A DNA stretch of 64,000 nucleotides from the human T2T-CHM13v2.0 reference genome, Homo sapiens. This document shows, piece after piece, positions 26,815-40,083 of the stretch (position 1 is its first letter; each line of letters opens with the position of its first letter). The notes beneath the pieces were generated by a model, which ran no database searches, was not told where the DNA came from, and worked only from the letters and a program-made list of their open reading frames with translations. Location of the stretch: NCBI RefSeq assembly GCF_009914755.1, contig NC_060928.1. One strand, 5' to 3'. The position numbers and the translations under genes are program-made.

Positions 26815-28205
26815 CCATGTTTTTGTAACCTATTTTTGCACCTAGTTATTCACAATTGTACATATAATTTATAGACTATCATTTTAAAGACTACATAATA
26901 TTTGTTTTGTAAATACAGCATAGTTTATATGCACTAATTCTCCTATTGCTGGACACGTAATTGTTTCTATGATCCTGGAGGGTTTTTTTTTTTGATTATT
27001 TATAACTCCATTATTATTGAAGATAATTATGCATATCTATTTTATTCCTATGGGTTAAATTTCTAAAAATGGAATTGACAAACCAGAGTTTATATGCTTT
27101 TACAATTTTTGATACTTTAGATCTAATACTGCTGCAGAGTGTCCTATCTCAATTTTCTTCAATAGTTTACAAGAATGCCATTTCTTAGTATTACTGCCTA
27201 ATCCAGTTATATTTTGTTAATCTGTGCCATTTTGCCAGAATAAAATATCCCTGATTTGCAGTGTTACAAATATTCCTTTGATGCTGTTGATGGTGTGTAA
27301 TTTTTTTATACGTATTTAGCCATTTGCCTTTCTTCTTTACTTAATTAGCTGTACGTGGTCTTTGGCTATTTTTCTTTAAAAGTTTTACGTTCTTCTTACT
27401 CATTTATCAGAAATCTTTATTGTTATTAACTTTTCTATAAACATTGAAAATATGCCTCTAGTTTTAACACCAGTCATTGTAATTACGGGGAGCTTTGATG
27501 TTTGAAGTAATATTGTAAAACCGTGTGTCAATATTTTCCTCTTTGTGATCTACTTTTTGACAAATACTTAATGTAATAAGGATTCTGACTCCACTTTCTG
27601 GTGTTATACATTTGATAACAATCCTCAAACCTCACTTTCTCTTTTCTGCCTCACACCTGGTCAAGCTGATTAAAAAAAGCCTGGGTGCTCCCTCCTTTGG
27701 TGCAGAGTAGGGGAGATTCAAGCTACCCAGCTCTGTGCTGGTACATGAGAGCCCTTACCCTGGCCTGACTCCCTAGCCACAACAAAAACCTCAAGCCAGA
27801 CTCCATTTCTTGCTCTCTCAAACTATTTTCAGATCAGTTTAAGAAGACTGGTCTGTTCTTCCCCAAGTGCCTCATTCCATGGGTAATAAACATTTTCCTA
27901 TCTTGGTGTGGTATGTGGCATCATGGGTCTTGGCACCTGAACCAAATTATGGCTAGGAGTTCATTCTGAATCTGCAGAGTAGCCGTATGACTGAGAAAGG
28001 AAATTTACAGCCGTAAATCAGTTAACTACTTGCCAATATTTTTTTACGTTTCTGCAAATCTGTTTTATACATAGGTAATTTCTTTGAAAATTAAATCTTT
28101 TTGGATTATGGCATGAGGTAAGAATGTTTATTTTTTCCAAACATTAAACCACTTGTTTCAACACCAATTAATGACTAGGCCATACTTTCTAATTATTTGA
28201 AAAGC
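26815..28205 (-). mobile_element. L1ME-type relic, antisense, interrupted by LTR47
   Basis: tcctattgctggacac, aaatttctaaaaatggaattg, ttagccatttgcctttcttc, cacttgtttcaacaccaattaa. Confidence 0.55.
27572..27992 (+). mobile_element. Solo LTR47 (ERVL-class LTR)
   Basis: tgtaataaggattctgactcca start, aagctgat...agcctgggtgctccctcctttgg, gtaataaac, gaaccaaatt and tctgcagagt. Confidence 0.85.
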
Positions 28206-28759
28206 CATATTATATTATAACTTATATAATTTAGCCAGAAGAGATCATATGATTCGTTATAGTCAGCTATTCTAATTATTTATGATCTTATTTACATTGT
28301 TCTACATTTTACATTTTATTACAAAATTTGCATAATAAACAAGATAATTCCAGCAGAACTCTATAGAAAAAACTGTTTTTTTAGTTATTAGTTAATTAAC
28401 TTTTTCTTAATTATTTTCATTAAATATACCATAGTTTCTGTATAATTGTTAATGAACCACAAGAAGTTATTTGATTTTGGTGAATAGATTATTATTGTTA
28501 CACTTGGGTTTCTAACTCAAGTTACGTGAAGTTTCTGTCTGTAGCAATAATTTAAAAAAAAAAGTTTCCTGGATCTTTGGTCTTTTGAAAACATTGATAG
28601 TTTAATTGTTGCCATATTATTGTTTTGTATCTCATGATTTGCAGCTTTAATTTATTTCCTGTCACAAATCACAAGTTTACCCCTGTTTGTTCTCAGGACG
28701 AATTAGAACTGTATACATTTTGGGTCAGGAGGAGAGAAGATGGGGGAAGGTCAACTCAC

Positions 28760-29937
28760 TGAGGGGTCTGGTGCCAGGCCAATATCATATGTGTGATTTT
28801 TCAGGCAATTATAAAAGCATCACCTGATAGATCTCATGGGAGAAAGCTGCCCTCCCCACTTCAGCCTGGGTGCACAGTCTGAAGGGAGTTATAATCAAGG
28901 ACTCAGCATTCCCAGGCTAGCCACACTTTGACACATGTTGCATTTTTAGCCAAAACGCCTCCATTCAGAGGACTTTTTATCCAGGTACTCTCATCCTACA
29001 CACTATGTAGGTACCTCTGCTGAGACCTCCTTACTGGGGAGCCTTGATGACACTTTCTCCACTCTGGCATGGTACTTGCACTTTTCTACTCCTAGTCCTT
29101 CCTCATCTCCCTCTCCCTGGCCACTGGGCCCATTCAATGGCAGGAGCCTCTGGTTCAGGGTTTACCTCTGCAGCAAGACATTACTTCCAATCTGTGTTGA
29201 TGTATCTGACCCTCACCAAATGCTGTTTCACGGAGAAAAATAAAACATTAAAGGAGACAGCACCTTTTTTCCAGCCTCATTTATGCTATCACAGTAAGTG
29301 AATAAAGCAATAAAGCCTTAATTGTTGCTTTCTGTTTGGCTTGTTGTCCTAATTAACCACCTCAGTACCTGGCATCTCAGCTTTCCCCAGCTCACCTTTT
29401 TTTATTATTATTGTACTTTAAATTCTGGGGTACATGTGCAGAACTTGCAGGTTTGTTACATAGGTATACATGTGCCATGGCGGTTTGCTACACCCATCAA
29501 CCCATCATCTACATTAGGTATTTCTCCTAATGCTGTCCCTCCTCTAGTCCCTCACCCTCTGACAGGCCCTGGTGTGTGATGTTCCCCTCCCTGTGTCTAT
29601 GTGATCTCATTGTTCACCTCCCACTTATGAGAACATGTGGTGTTTGGTTTTCTGTTCTTGTGTTAGTTTGTTGAGAATGATGGTTTCCAGGTTTATCCAT
29701 GTCCCTGCAAAGGACGTGAACTCATCCTTTTTATGGCTGCATAGTATTCCATGGTGTATATGTGCCACATTTTCTTTATCTAGTCTATCATTGATGGGCA
29801 TTTAGTTGGTTCCAAGTCTTTGCTATTGTGAATAGTGCCGCAATAAATATATGTGTGCATGTGTCTTTATAGTAGAATGATTTATAATCCTTTGGGTATA
29901 TACCCAGTAATGGGATTGCCCAGCTTACCTCTTAACA
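28760..29937 (+). mobile_element. Solo ERVL-class LTR (MER54/MER74/MER88/LTR53 group), split near its 3' end by an L1PA7
   Basis: aataaagc...ttggcttgttgtcctaattaaccacc...cctggcatctcagct...cagcttacctcttaaca terminal signature; exact family and 5' boundary uncertain. Confidence 0.55.
29398..29918 (-). mobile_element. 5'-truncated L1PA7-like 3' end
   Basis: ttctggggtacatgtgcagaac...catctacattaggtatttctcctaatgct; TSD cccagct(c/t)acct at 29386-29397 and 29919-29930. Confidence 0.95.
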
Positions 29938-32900
29938 CTATCACCTTACTGTGTCGACCACTCCCCTCCCACTTTGGCTAGGATGTTACAAGGGCATCAA
30001 GCTATAGCAGCTGTGTTGGGCCAATACCAACCAAATGTTGGGGCAGAGATGAGAGTCCCTTCTGCTAGGTTGTCGTCTGTCAATTACAGGCAGCTGTTGA
30101 AAGATTTTCTTATTCATCATCCTGAAGAAGCACATTTAGCTCCTATAAGGAGCTTCAAGGATGTGCCTGAGAATGTCTCATCAAGTTACTATGGCCCTTA
30201 TTTTGGTCTGTGTGGCTATGTTCCCCAAGAGGGTAAAGAAAGCACTTACATTATTATAACAACAAATAATGTACTGTACAGGAGGAAGACAGCAAACATG
30301 AAAATAGAGGCATATGTGGTGGGGCTTTAGAGTTTGCAAAGTGTCTTGGCATACATGATCAAACTTGGGCCTCATAACAATTCTTAATTGTAAATGGAGA
30401 AACCAAGACCTTAATGGGGCTAGTTCCTGATTCAGATATTTGATAATTAAACCCATATTCATTTGAGTAAGTCTGGTATTGAAGAGTGAGTTAACACTTC
30501 TTGAAAGCTATTAGGAGGAATGCCAAAGAAGTAGAAGGAAAAATAGTACTTTGGTGCCTTTTCAGGTTTCCATGGGCATGACCATTATTTTTCTCTTAGA
30601 AATGTATGAAACTCAGTAAGAATCTTAGATACAATTATGACAGAATTTCCTAGACTTCAATGTTATCTCTGAAACTCTCTCCAAAGATAACTATATTATT
30701 TATGAATGTATTATTGGGCATTACTTGAAAATATCCCTAAATTCATTGCAGATTTAGTCTAATTATTACAATGTAATAATTATTTTACTATTACATACCG
30801 TTAAGATAAAATAATTATAAAGAAATTGTCTATTAGTGAAAGGTAATTGGCAACATTAAAAGTGGTGAACATGCTCCTACTTTATGGCATTATCAACAGA
30901 CTGAAGAAGCTGAAAATAATTTCCAAGATTAAAAGTGTAAAAGACAAATAACAATTATAAAAGGCAATTGAGAAACCATACATCTATTTTCTCACTTCTG
31001 AGATAATGTAATGGGGTAGAAGTTTTGTTTAGTTACTAAGGGCCTGAAGCCACACTATACTTTTTTTTATTATTTCTCATCTGATACATCTTGGTGAAAA
31101 AGAGGAGACGTATTATATGTATGTATGAAAAACAGTGTATGCTTCATCTTTGAGAATGAAGAAACTAAGATCACTTACATTGACTAGTCATGTTTGTAAG
31201 CCATAGGATGTAGATTAGAATTCAGGTTACACGAAGTGTAGGCATTCCAGAAATATGTTTCCTTGAAATGATTTTGATGCATGCACGCTGTAAAATCTGT
31301 TATTTTTTTAAGAAAAGGTAGCTAAAAGAAATGCCAATAAATGCCATCATTGCAGGTGCTGAACTTTCTCAAATTTGAAGTAATTTTAGCCAGTAAGTAA
31401 GTTGTTATGAAAATCAAGATTTTACACTAATTTTCCCTTCTATTTTCAGAGTTCTTTCCTTAGTAGGAACTTGTTAAAGGATTTTCTACAGGTGCATATT
31501 CACTTCTCTTACCGTACAACAAAAGGGAACCAATACAAGGAAAAATGAAGCGTATTGTTAAATATCAACTCCTGATAATTGGAGGCCTGAAGTAAGCCTT
31601 GGCAGACCAGAAATGACAAGATTCTATGAAGTTCAAATAAAACATACTGGAGGTCAATTAAAACAAAAAAACAAAAACAAAAACAAAAAAGACAGGTAGA
31701 TGAGAAGCCTAAAGGTGAACCCACATTTTCAGTGCCACATTTGTCATTTACATGTCATTAAACTTATAACGCAGGTCTCTTTAGGTAAGTTTTCAAGATT
31801 TGATTTTCTACTTCTTAATTTAACTTTATGAATGGTAAAATTTCCTAGACAGTGTTATCCATTATTAACTAAAGATAATTGTATTATCAACAAATGCATT
31901 ATTTGGCATTTTATTGCTTGAAAAATATCTCACATATATTTAATCAGCTTCAAAAATGGATTACAATGAGTGTTCTATATTAATATCATAGAAACATACT
32001 TACAAAAATCAAGTCTGTGTGTGTTTATATCTTTATTCAGGTATTACTATAAATAAACTGTAGATAAGAATTTTTCAGGTAGTGTTCATAGCAACAAATT
32101 TTCTGAACTGAAAAATGTATTATATATCCCACCATTAAGGGGTTCTATTGACTTTTGTTCTTAATTTACATTTATAGGATTGTATTCTTCCCTGCCATTT
32201 TTCTTTCCCTTTCAGCATACCTCCTGCACTTAATTTAGCAAATATATATTTATCTATCAAATACACTATTTCAATCCCTATTATGGAGAATCAGAATCAT
32301 TTGCATTCACCTGGCATGAATAGCAGCATATGTTTACAGCTTTGTCACAGAACTATGTTAACTTTCCTGATCTTTGTCACAATGAGGTCAGAGTGAGCTT
32401 AATCATCTGGACATTTCATGTTACATCATTCTGATCTATTATTTTGAGGGCAGCATGTTAACCTGACCTTGAGGAAAGTAAGTGGCAAGCACACTGGATG
32501 CCCTGTAAAACTTACACATCATCATTTTTTAGATAAATCATAATAAAAATTCAGGAACATGTCACACAAGTATAGTTTCTAAGTGTCCAGAGATTACGGG
32601 TGTGCTAATATACCTCCTTTAACATAAAAGACAAGTTATTGTACCCTGCGCCCCCTATCACTAAGAAAAAGGCACAAAGCTTGCTAGGCTTCTCCATATT
32701 TTGAAGATAGAATGTACCACACTTAAAAATACAGCTCCACCCCACTTATCAGATGACTTGGAAAGTTGTCAGTTATCTGGATCACATTAAAATGCTGTGC
32801 TAAAATCTGGCAAGCCAAAAAGGAGTGTCATAGCACAGACACTCAGGGTTTAAGGCAAGGACATACCAACTGCAGCAAAGAGCTATTCTGTTTAAAAGTG

Positions 32901-32994
32901 TCTCCTGAATTTCTGTTGAGCCCTAGTTAAGACTGCACAGCTGAGCATGAGATGTTAAGTGAATACAAAACCACAGGTGTTCTTCATGAGCTGC

Positions 32995-33363
32995 TGTATT
33001 AATCCATTTTCACACTGCTATAAAGGTACTACCTGAGACTGGGTGATTTATAAAGAAAGGAGGTTTAATTGACTGGCAGTTATACATAGGTTGGGGGGGG
33101 CCTCAGGAAATTTACAATCATGGCAGAAGGTGCAGTTTCCCTTCATATGTAAGCAAGGCACGTCTTACATAGAGGCAAGTGAAAGAGCGAGGAAGTGCCA
33201 CACTTTAAAACTATCAGCTCTTGTGAGAACTCCCTCTCACAAGAACAGCATGGGGGAAACCACTCCCATGATCTAATCACTTCCCATCAGTTCCCTCCCT
33301 CAATACATGGGGATTACAAGTCTAGATAAGATTTGGGTTGGGACACAGAGCCAAACCATATCA
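32995..33363 (-). mobile_element. Solo THE1D LTR (MaLR)
   Basis: tgtattaatccattttcacactgctataaag ... gacacagagccaaaccatatca; degenerate 5-bp TSD gctgc/actgg. Confidence 0.92.
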
Positions 33364-34535
33364 ACTGGGTATTATAAAAACCATCAAGTCACAAGGGCAA
33401 ACAGGTACCAAAGTAACCCAAAATACAATTGAAATTAAACATTTTGAATCTGGACCAATCAAGTTTGGAAGACACAAGTAACTTACACATGCAGGTGACC
33501 ATGCCATTTATCATTTTCACTGATGCCTCTCCCTCAGCTTACACCCGTGGTCTCTTGGGGTCTTCCTATGATCTGCTACTGGAAATGAAAAAACTAAGGC
33601 CTGGTTCATAGATGGCTGGATACACATATTAGCACAAGCTTAAGATGAACTGCTGTAACCCTAGAGCCTCACTGAAATGTGGCTCTGAATGACAGTGATG
33701 AGGGAATTGTATCTCAGTGGGCAGAGATTCAAATAATCAATTTCTGTGGAGGGAGAGCTGACCTGAGATCAAGATGTTCTCAGAATTCAGAGTAGCAGCA
33801 AATAGCTTAGCTGATTGGTTAGGGACTTGAAATGGCAACATTTAAACACATCAGGGGATGGGGGAATATGGATGTACGCATGGGATTAGCCACAGAGATA
33901 ATGGATCTCTGCATCTCCGGCTGATGTTCACTAAAGAACATCCACTGCAGAGGTGTTGTATAACACAATAGAGACAATGAGTTGTCTAGCATAAATCAGC
34001 ACACCACTAAATTTAGCACACTACAATAAAACTTATGAGGACCTGCTTGGTCAATAGGCCAGCCAGCAAAAATAGGTGTTTTTTTTTTTCAGTATTGTAG
34101 TAATACTGTTCAGAAAAAAATTAAAAATAAAACTTAAAAGGTATTTTATACCAGAAGCACTAATTGATCCTGATTAATACGAGGAAATAAGGTTGCTGCT
34201 ATAAAGTGGGCAGTAGGAGATACACTTGGGCAACTCATTGTGCTTCCATGTCTAGTAATAGTTGTAAATGGGCACCTGCAGCACTATGGTTTTACCAGGG
34301 CAAAGAAGTAAGCAGCTCAGACGCCTTAGGAATGAAGGTTTGAGTTCTGCCGTTAGGCAAGCATTCCAGAAGAACAAAGTGCTGGCTGAGAATGAGGGGT
34401 ATCTGAAATTAAATGTATTGGAGAAACAAGACGAATGTCCGTTGCTGTAGTTTGTTTCACTAGATCTCCTTTATTAAGTCTTCCTTTGACCCCCTTAAAT
34501 TGTGATTGACAACCATATTAAAGAAACAGCAATGA

Positions 34536-34920
34536 AAAGGATGAGTTCATGTCCTTTGTAGGGACATGGATGAAGCTGGAAAAGCTGGAAACCATCATTC
34601 TCAGCAAACTATCGCAAGGACAGAAAACCAAACACCACATGTTCTCACTCATAGGTGGGAATTGAACAATGAGAACATCTGGACACAGGAAGGGGAACAT
34701 CACACACTGGGGCCTGTTGTGGGGTGGGCAGAGGGGGGAGGGATAGCATTAGGAGATATACTTAATGTAAATGATGAGTTAATGGGTGCAGCACACCAAC
34801 ATGGCACATGTATACATATGTAACAAACCTGCACGTTGTGCACATGTACCTTAAAACTTAAAGTATAATAAAAAAAAATTTTTTAAGTATAATAAAAAAA
34901 TAAAAAGAAAAAAAAAAAAC
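34536..34920 (+). mobile_element. 5'-truncated L1PA4/5-like 3' end
   Basis: ggatgagttcatgtcctttgtaggg...ggatagcattaggagata...aaagtataataaaa; TSD aaacagcaatga at 34524-34535 and 34921-34932. Confidence 0.96.
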
Positions 34921-34981
34921 AAACAGCAATGAGAGGGAATAAATTTAACATTAGGCCTGAGTGGATCTGAGCCATGCTAAA

Positions 34982-35408
34982 TGTAGACTCTAGCATCCAC
35001 TATGTATTTCATATCCCTTGAAGCTTTTTGTGTGTTCAGGTGGGCTTTCAAATGCCAGTATTTACAGGTATGTGCCTGAGGTATGTGTGTTTTTAAAAAA
35101 ACAAAAACAAAAACAAAAAACAACTCCACAAAGCTGTAGTTCTCAACCAATTATTCTCTGTAGTTGCTGTTTAATTACCCAAATCCTTTATTACTCAGGA
35201 AGAATTGTGAGGTCTGCATTTTGGACCATTTTTCCAAGTTTTCCCAACACTTAACATGGTAGTCCCACTTAATAGTTCAGCACTGAATGGATACCCCTTT
35301 TCTGTATCACTTATCTTTTTCCCTAGCAGTGTTGCCTGCATTTCCCAAATAAACTACTTGACTTGAAGCCTTGACTAACAGTCTACTTTGGGGAGAACCC
35401 AAAATAAT
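34982..35408 (+). mobile_element. LTR16-family 3' LTR of the ERVL relic
   Basis: Preceded by agtggatctgag; ttctcaaccaat; terminal cccaaataaactacttg...gtctactttggggagaacccaaa. Confidence 0.75.
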
Positions 35409-35409
35409 C

Positions 35410-35705
35410 CATTATGCCAGATATGGAGATAGATGAATAAAAGATGGGGTCCATGCCTGGAGAAATTTATATTTCAGAATTAAAGATTGAGACATAAGAA
35501 AATAATTATAGTGTGGTAACAGCTATAATAAAATTGAGTACAAATGCTGGGAGCAAACTAAGAGGAAAATACCTAACGTCCTGGGAGAAGCTAGGTGCAT
35601 CGGAAACAACTTTGTGGAGGAACTGACACCCCACCAAAGCCCTGAAGGAATGACGAGTAGACAAGCTGCACAGCTTAATGGGAAACTCATTTTCAGATAA
35701 AATGA
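35410..35705 (-). mobile_element. L2 fragment, antisense
   Basis: gagatagatgaataaaagatggggtccatgcctggagaaattta, caaatgctgggagc, ccctgaaggaatga. Confidence 0.5.
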
Positions 35706-38014
35706 TACACAAACACATACTTTTTGTTTATAATTGTTTACTCCTTTAAGGAAACTCAATCCAAATTTTGAGATTCTCTAATGTGAATCATTTCCTGTAG
35801 AAAGTGTGCCCTTGTGGAATATTTTTTTAAAAAGCGACACATAGATTAAAAGCTCCCCTAAATAGCTGGTTAAGCAAAGGACCCTTCTTGAGCCTATGAA
35901 AATACTACACAGACACACGTTAGTTCTTTCTGTTACTTCTGAAGAGAGGTTAATGGATTTCTTTTGCACGCCTTTTATGTGCAGGTTGCTGGAAAATGAA
36001 ATTTTCCAGTTCCACAGTTCATCACTCTCATACCTGATTGCAAAAATTAGTGATTAGAAATGGGAATAAAAAGCGAAAGAATGTAATTTCCTTCCAGCTT
36101 TGAAACTGCTTTGAGACGGGAAATTTTCTGCTTCTTTATGATGTAATGTCTCCTCATACAATGTGCTGTCAGTAGTAATGAGTTGAGTGAGTTATTTTTT
36201 TCTCATATAAAAAAAGTGATCTGAAATATTCACAGGGTAAAAATGAGCCTCAAAACAAATGATATACTTCAGTATTTTCTTGAAGATTAATGTACCAGAC
36301 ATCTAATATTTTTTTTCCTTTCTACACTTACATAAAAATGTAGTTTTCCCTGTGGATCTGTTATTCACAAATAGTCATTTTTTCCTAATGTGTATTAGAC
36401 TACATGACATTGGTTATAGAAGGATTTGTTCTTTCACAAATGACACTGGGTCTGGTACAAAATGATTGTGTATAATCTTTCAATGGCTATTTTTAGGTGA
36501 ATAAAAGGATGATCCAATTAATATTGTTAATGGTGTACTAGCCAAATGCAAATCAAGACTCTTTAAAGAAAGATAATGAGGGAAATTATTTATGTCTTAC
36601 TTTCTATTATCAAAGAATAATGGAAGACAAACTTAATCTTTGTTTCTTTCATAACTGAGTAGTTCCCGGAAGCCTATAAAGTCACTGGGAAAAGTTATTT
36701 GTATATTAAGGCTCAGGTCCTGCCTAGCTCTGACAAGAGTAATTTTATCTCCCACTTTTGAAATATGAAACTTCTGTTACTGAATTTTCATGATCTAGCA
36801 ATGTTATGGATCAAAAACAATTTATGAAGGAAGTTAATATTTGTACAGAACTTGGCTATGCACATGGAGCTTCAGGCATTTATACATTTCTTCAAAATAT
36901 TTTCTAAAGCATTTGTCATTTAAATATACTTTTTGTAATCTTTCATGGAGATAAAAGAAGGGTTATTCAATTAAGAAGAAGCTTAAAACTGAGAGGAGCA
37001 TACTGAGTAGGATGTGAAAATGTCATAAATTTTTGATATATGTCAAAACTTCTCAATAAGTCACATGCATTCAATCTCTCCAGATATTAGTTATAGCTAA
37101 AATAGCTATAAAGAAGCTATTATTAATCAAAGTGCACCCAGTAGACAAAGAATATAAGAACAGAACAAGTTTTACCAATTCAATTTCAATATCTAAAGCT
37201 TATAACACAAGAATCCTTTACATTGCTAAGAATTAGATCTTTTAAGTAGGTGGGATTAAATATTACCCATTAAACAGACCATTATCCATAAACAAATGTT
37301 ATCTGTTAAACAAGCCATTATAAAATTATGATTTATATTTTAATAACCATAATTTTTAGCTGCATGCAATCTGTGATTTTTATCTTTACGTAACAGAATC
37401 AGCTTCATTCATGTCATACCACTCAGAATGTTCAGTGGGCATAACCATAAGATGCTAGAATCTCGCAGGCTTTGAAAAGACACTGAAATGTTAAAAGTGG
37501 CTGAGACTTGGTATTTTATAACCTTGAAAATTTCTTCTTTATATAATAGTATGCAGCATTTATAAACATAATGCAAAAAAGGAAACCAGTTTGAACATGC
37601 CGACACAGTAACAATCGCTCTACACAGAATATTGGCATCAACCAGTAGCAATGGGATTCATAGAAAATCTAAAACCCAAAAGAGCTCATGCTCCAAGAGA
37701 GCAAGAGCTGTCTGTCTCTCAGTGAAGGGCAAAGTGCTGGACATATAGTAAGTGCTCAATAAATACCATTGAAATAGTGAAGTACAATGAAAAAACAAAA
37801 ATAATGATCAACAGTCCATGAACAGTGTTTCTAACCTCAATATTTTGCTTCTTTCTAGATGAGCCTAGATGCATTCTTTCAGGTCAAGAACAAAAATAAA
37901 TATATAGCATGCAAGTGCATGCATCTATCAAGTTGAAAGCCTTGCTAAAAAGTTATAAAATGGGACTATTTCTGTGTTTACAGAATTGTATATTCTTTTC
38001 TTTGTTACTTATGA

Positions 38015-38258
38015 GCAGTATATAGAGTTATGATTTCAAAGCCAGACTCAGTGTTCAAAATTGGTCAACCAACCAATTACAAGTTCTGTGACATTGGGCA
38101 AATCTATTAACTTCTATATGCCTCCATTTCTTCATCTGTAAATGGAGATAATAGTGAAAGCTACTCAAATATAAATTGTAAAGATTTAATTAATTATCAC
38201 AAGTAAACGCTTGAGAAATGCTTGGTGCATTGTTAGTGCACACGCTACTTATTATTAC
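38015..38258 (+). mobile_element. MIR SINE
   Basis: ctgtgacattgggcaaatctattaacttctatatgcctccatttcttcatctgtaaatggagataata (MIR core). Confidence 0.85.
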
Positions 38259-38289
38259 CAAAAGAAACAGAAATGACTTTACACTCTTA

Positions 38290-38660
38290 TTTTATCTCAT
38301 CTGAACTACTGTAGTATTCTCTTCATCTCCAATCCTTTCCCTTCCAAGTTATCCCACATGTATTCCATTCAGAGTAATCTCTCTAAAACATGGTCTATTG
38401 TTCATGTCAGACCCATACACTAGAAATGTCCACTGACCATAAAACAAAATAAAAAATTCTTAGCCTGGCATTCAAGACCTCTCCCAATCTAATTTCTCAG
38501 TCTTATTTTTAACTGCTCCCTTTCACATATCTTTCATGTAAATTAAATTGAATTCCCCATTTTCTGAAATGACCCTGCACTTTTTCATCTATGATCTGCT
38601 GCCCTGGCCCTCCTGAGTACAATGTTGGTTCTCCAACTCCACTGTGAATCTTTAACTGAG
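38290..38660 (+). mobile_element. L2 fragment
   Basis: cagagtaatctctctaaaaca, ttcttagcctggcattcaagacc. Confidence 0.6.
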
Positions 38661-38741
38661 TCTGGTAGGATGAATTAATGTATTATAAAAATACAATAAG
38701 GATATTTGCCTGAGTATGGGTAGACCCTCCATTGATCCTGA

Positions 38742-39098
<357 letters not shown>

Positions 39099-40083
39099 TA
39101 GAATGTATTTTTAAAATTATCTGATATTTCTTGACTTATTCATTAAAACATTCCATCTCCTCCTGGATTTATAGATGAAAAATTCTGTCTCATCACCTGG
39201 AATATTTTATGCCACTGCAATGCATTACGTTACCTGCACTGTGACATTTTACATTATTGAAATCTGTCTTGTTGAGGGATATCTTGTCTTTGACAACAAC
39301 CCAGGAACAGCATTCAAGATTAATTATATTTGCTGACAATTTAGACATTACTCAGTTTATGTGAAATCATAAAATTTAGTTTATAATGTCTAATGTCTAA
39401 TAAGTAATTAGCCGTGTGACCATGGTAGGCTAATTCTTTTGATGAAATGCTTCCTATGTGTCTTAAGTTTAAAGAATAAACATGAAGAAGATAAAAGTGA
39501 AATATATGTATCACAGCGAGATTGTAAAAAGTAGATTTTTAATCAGAGGATGAAAAGAGGAGTTGACTTCTAATTAGAAGCTTTGGATTTTTGTTCCAGT
39601 TTGACTGCTTTTAGTATAGAGTGTTTATTTACCTTGAATTTGTAGCTTATCTTTCAAGTGAGGATATCAGTTCCTGGGAATCCTGCCTAATATAGTTAAA
39701 GGGAGTAGAAAATGAGACTCTGTACATCCTAAGACTTTGAAATTTTGTGCTATACAAATGAAATGAATTATTATTGAAAAAGGATTAAAATGATCTCCAA
39801 GTTTTCTTTTATCTCTAAATGTATTGATGTTATGACTGCAGTGAAAAAGTGCAATTAATTCTTACAGTTATTCATTATAACATGAATGGCAGATAATCTG
39901 ATGATAGGTTTGCTATATTTGCTTCTACCATTGAGCTGTGTTTCTCCTAAATATGGAAGAAAAGTCTCTGCCTTCTGAGAGCCTTGGAGTGGGCAGAGTA
40001 CTTGTGAGAAAGGAGGAATAAAAACATGGGAACTGAACACTCAATTGCTAAGGTTTAGAAATTGTTAGTACCAAAGAGATCTC

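Larger units (their letters stand above)
32225..34980 (+). mobile_element. ERVL-class internal region (HERV16/ERV3-16A3-like): decayed RT, RNase H and 3' region, interrupted by THE1D and L1PA
   Basis: Frame-broken motifs FAFTW (tttgcattcacctgg), LCHN, VASTLDAL, KIQ, KDKLL..APP.TKK.AQ, AWFIDG, SQWAE, IDPD, GMKV; followed by an LTR16. Confidence 0.85.

Noticed and set aside
17205-26874. YIYI/THTH/VCVC-rich ORFs
   Set aside because: Translations of dinucleotide microsatellites
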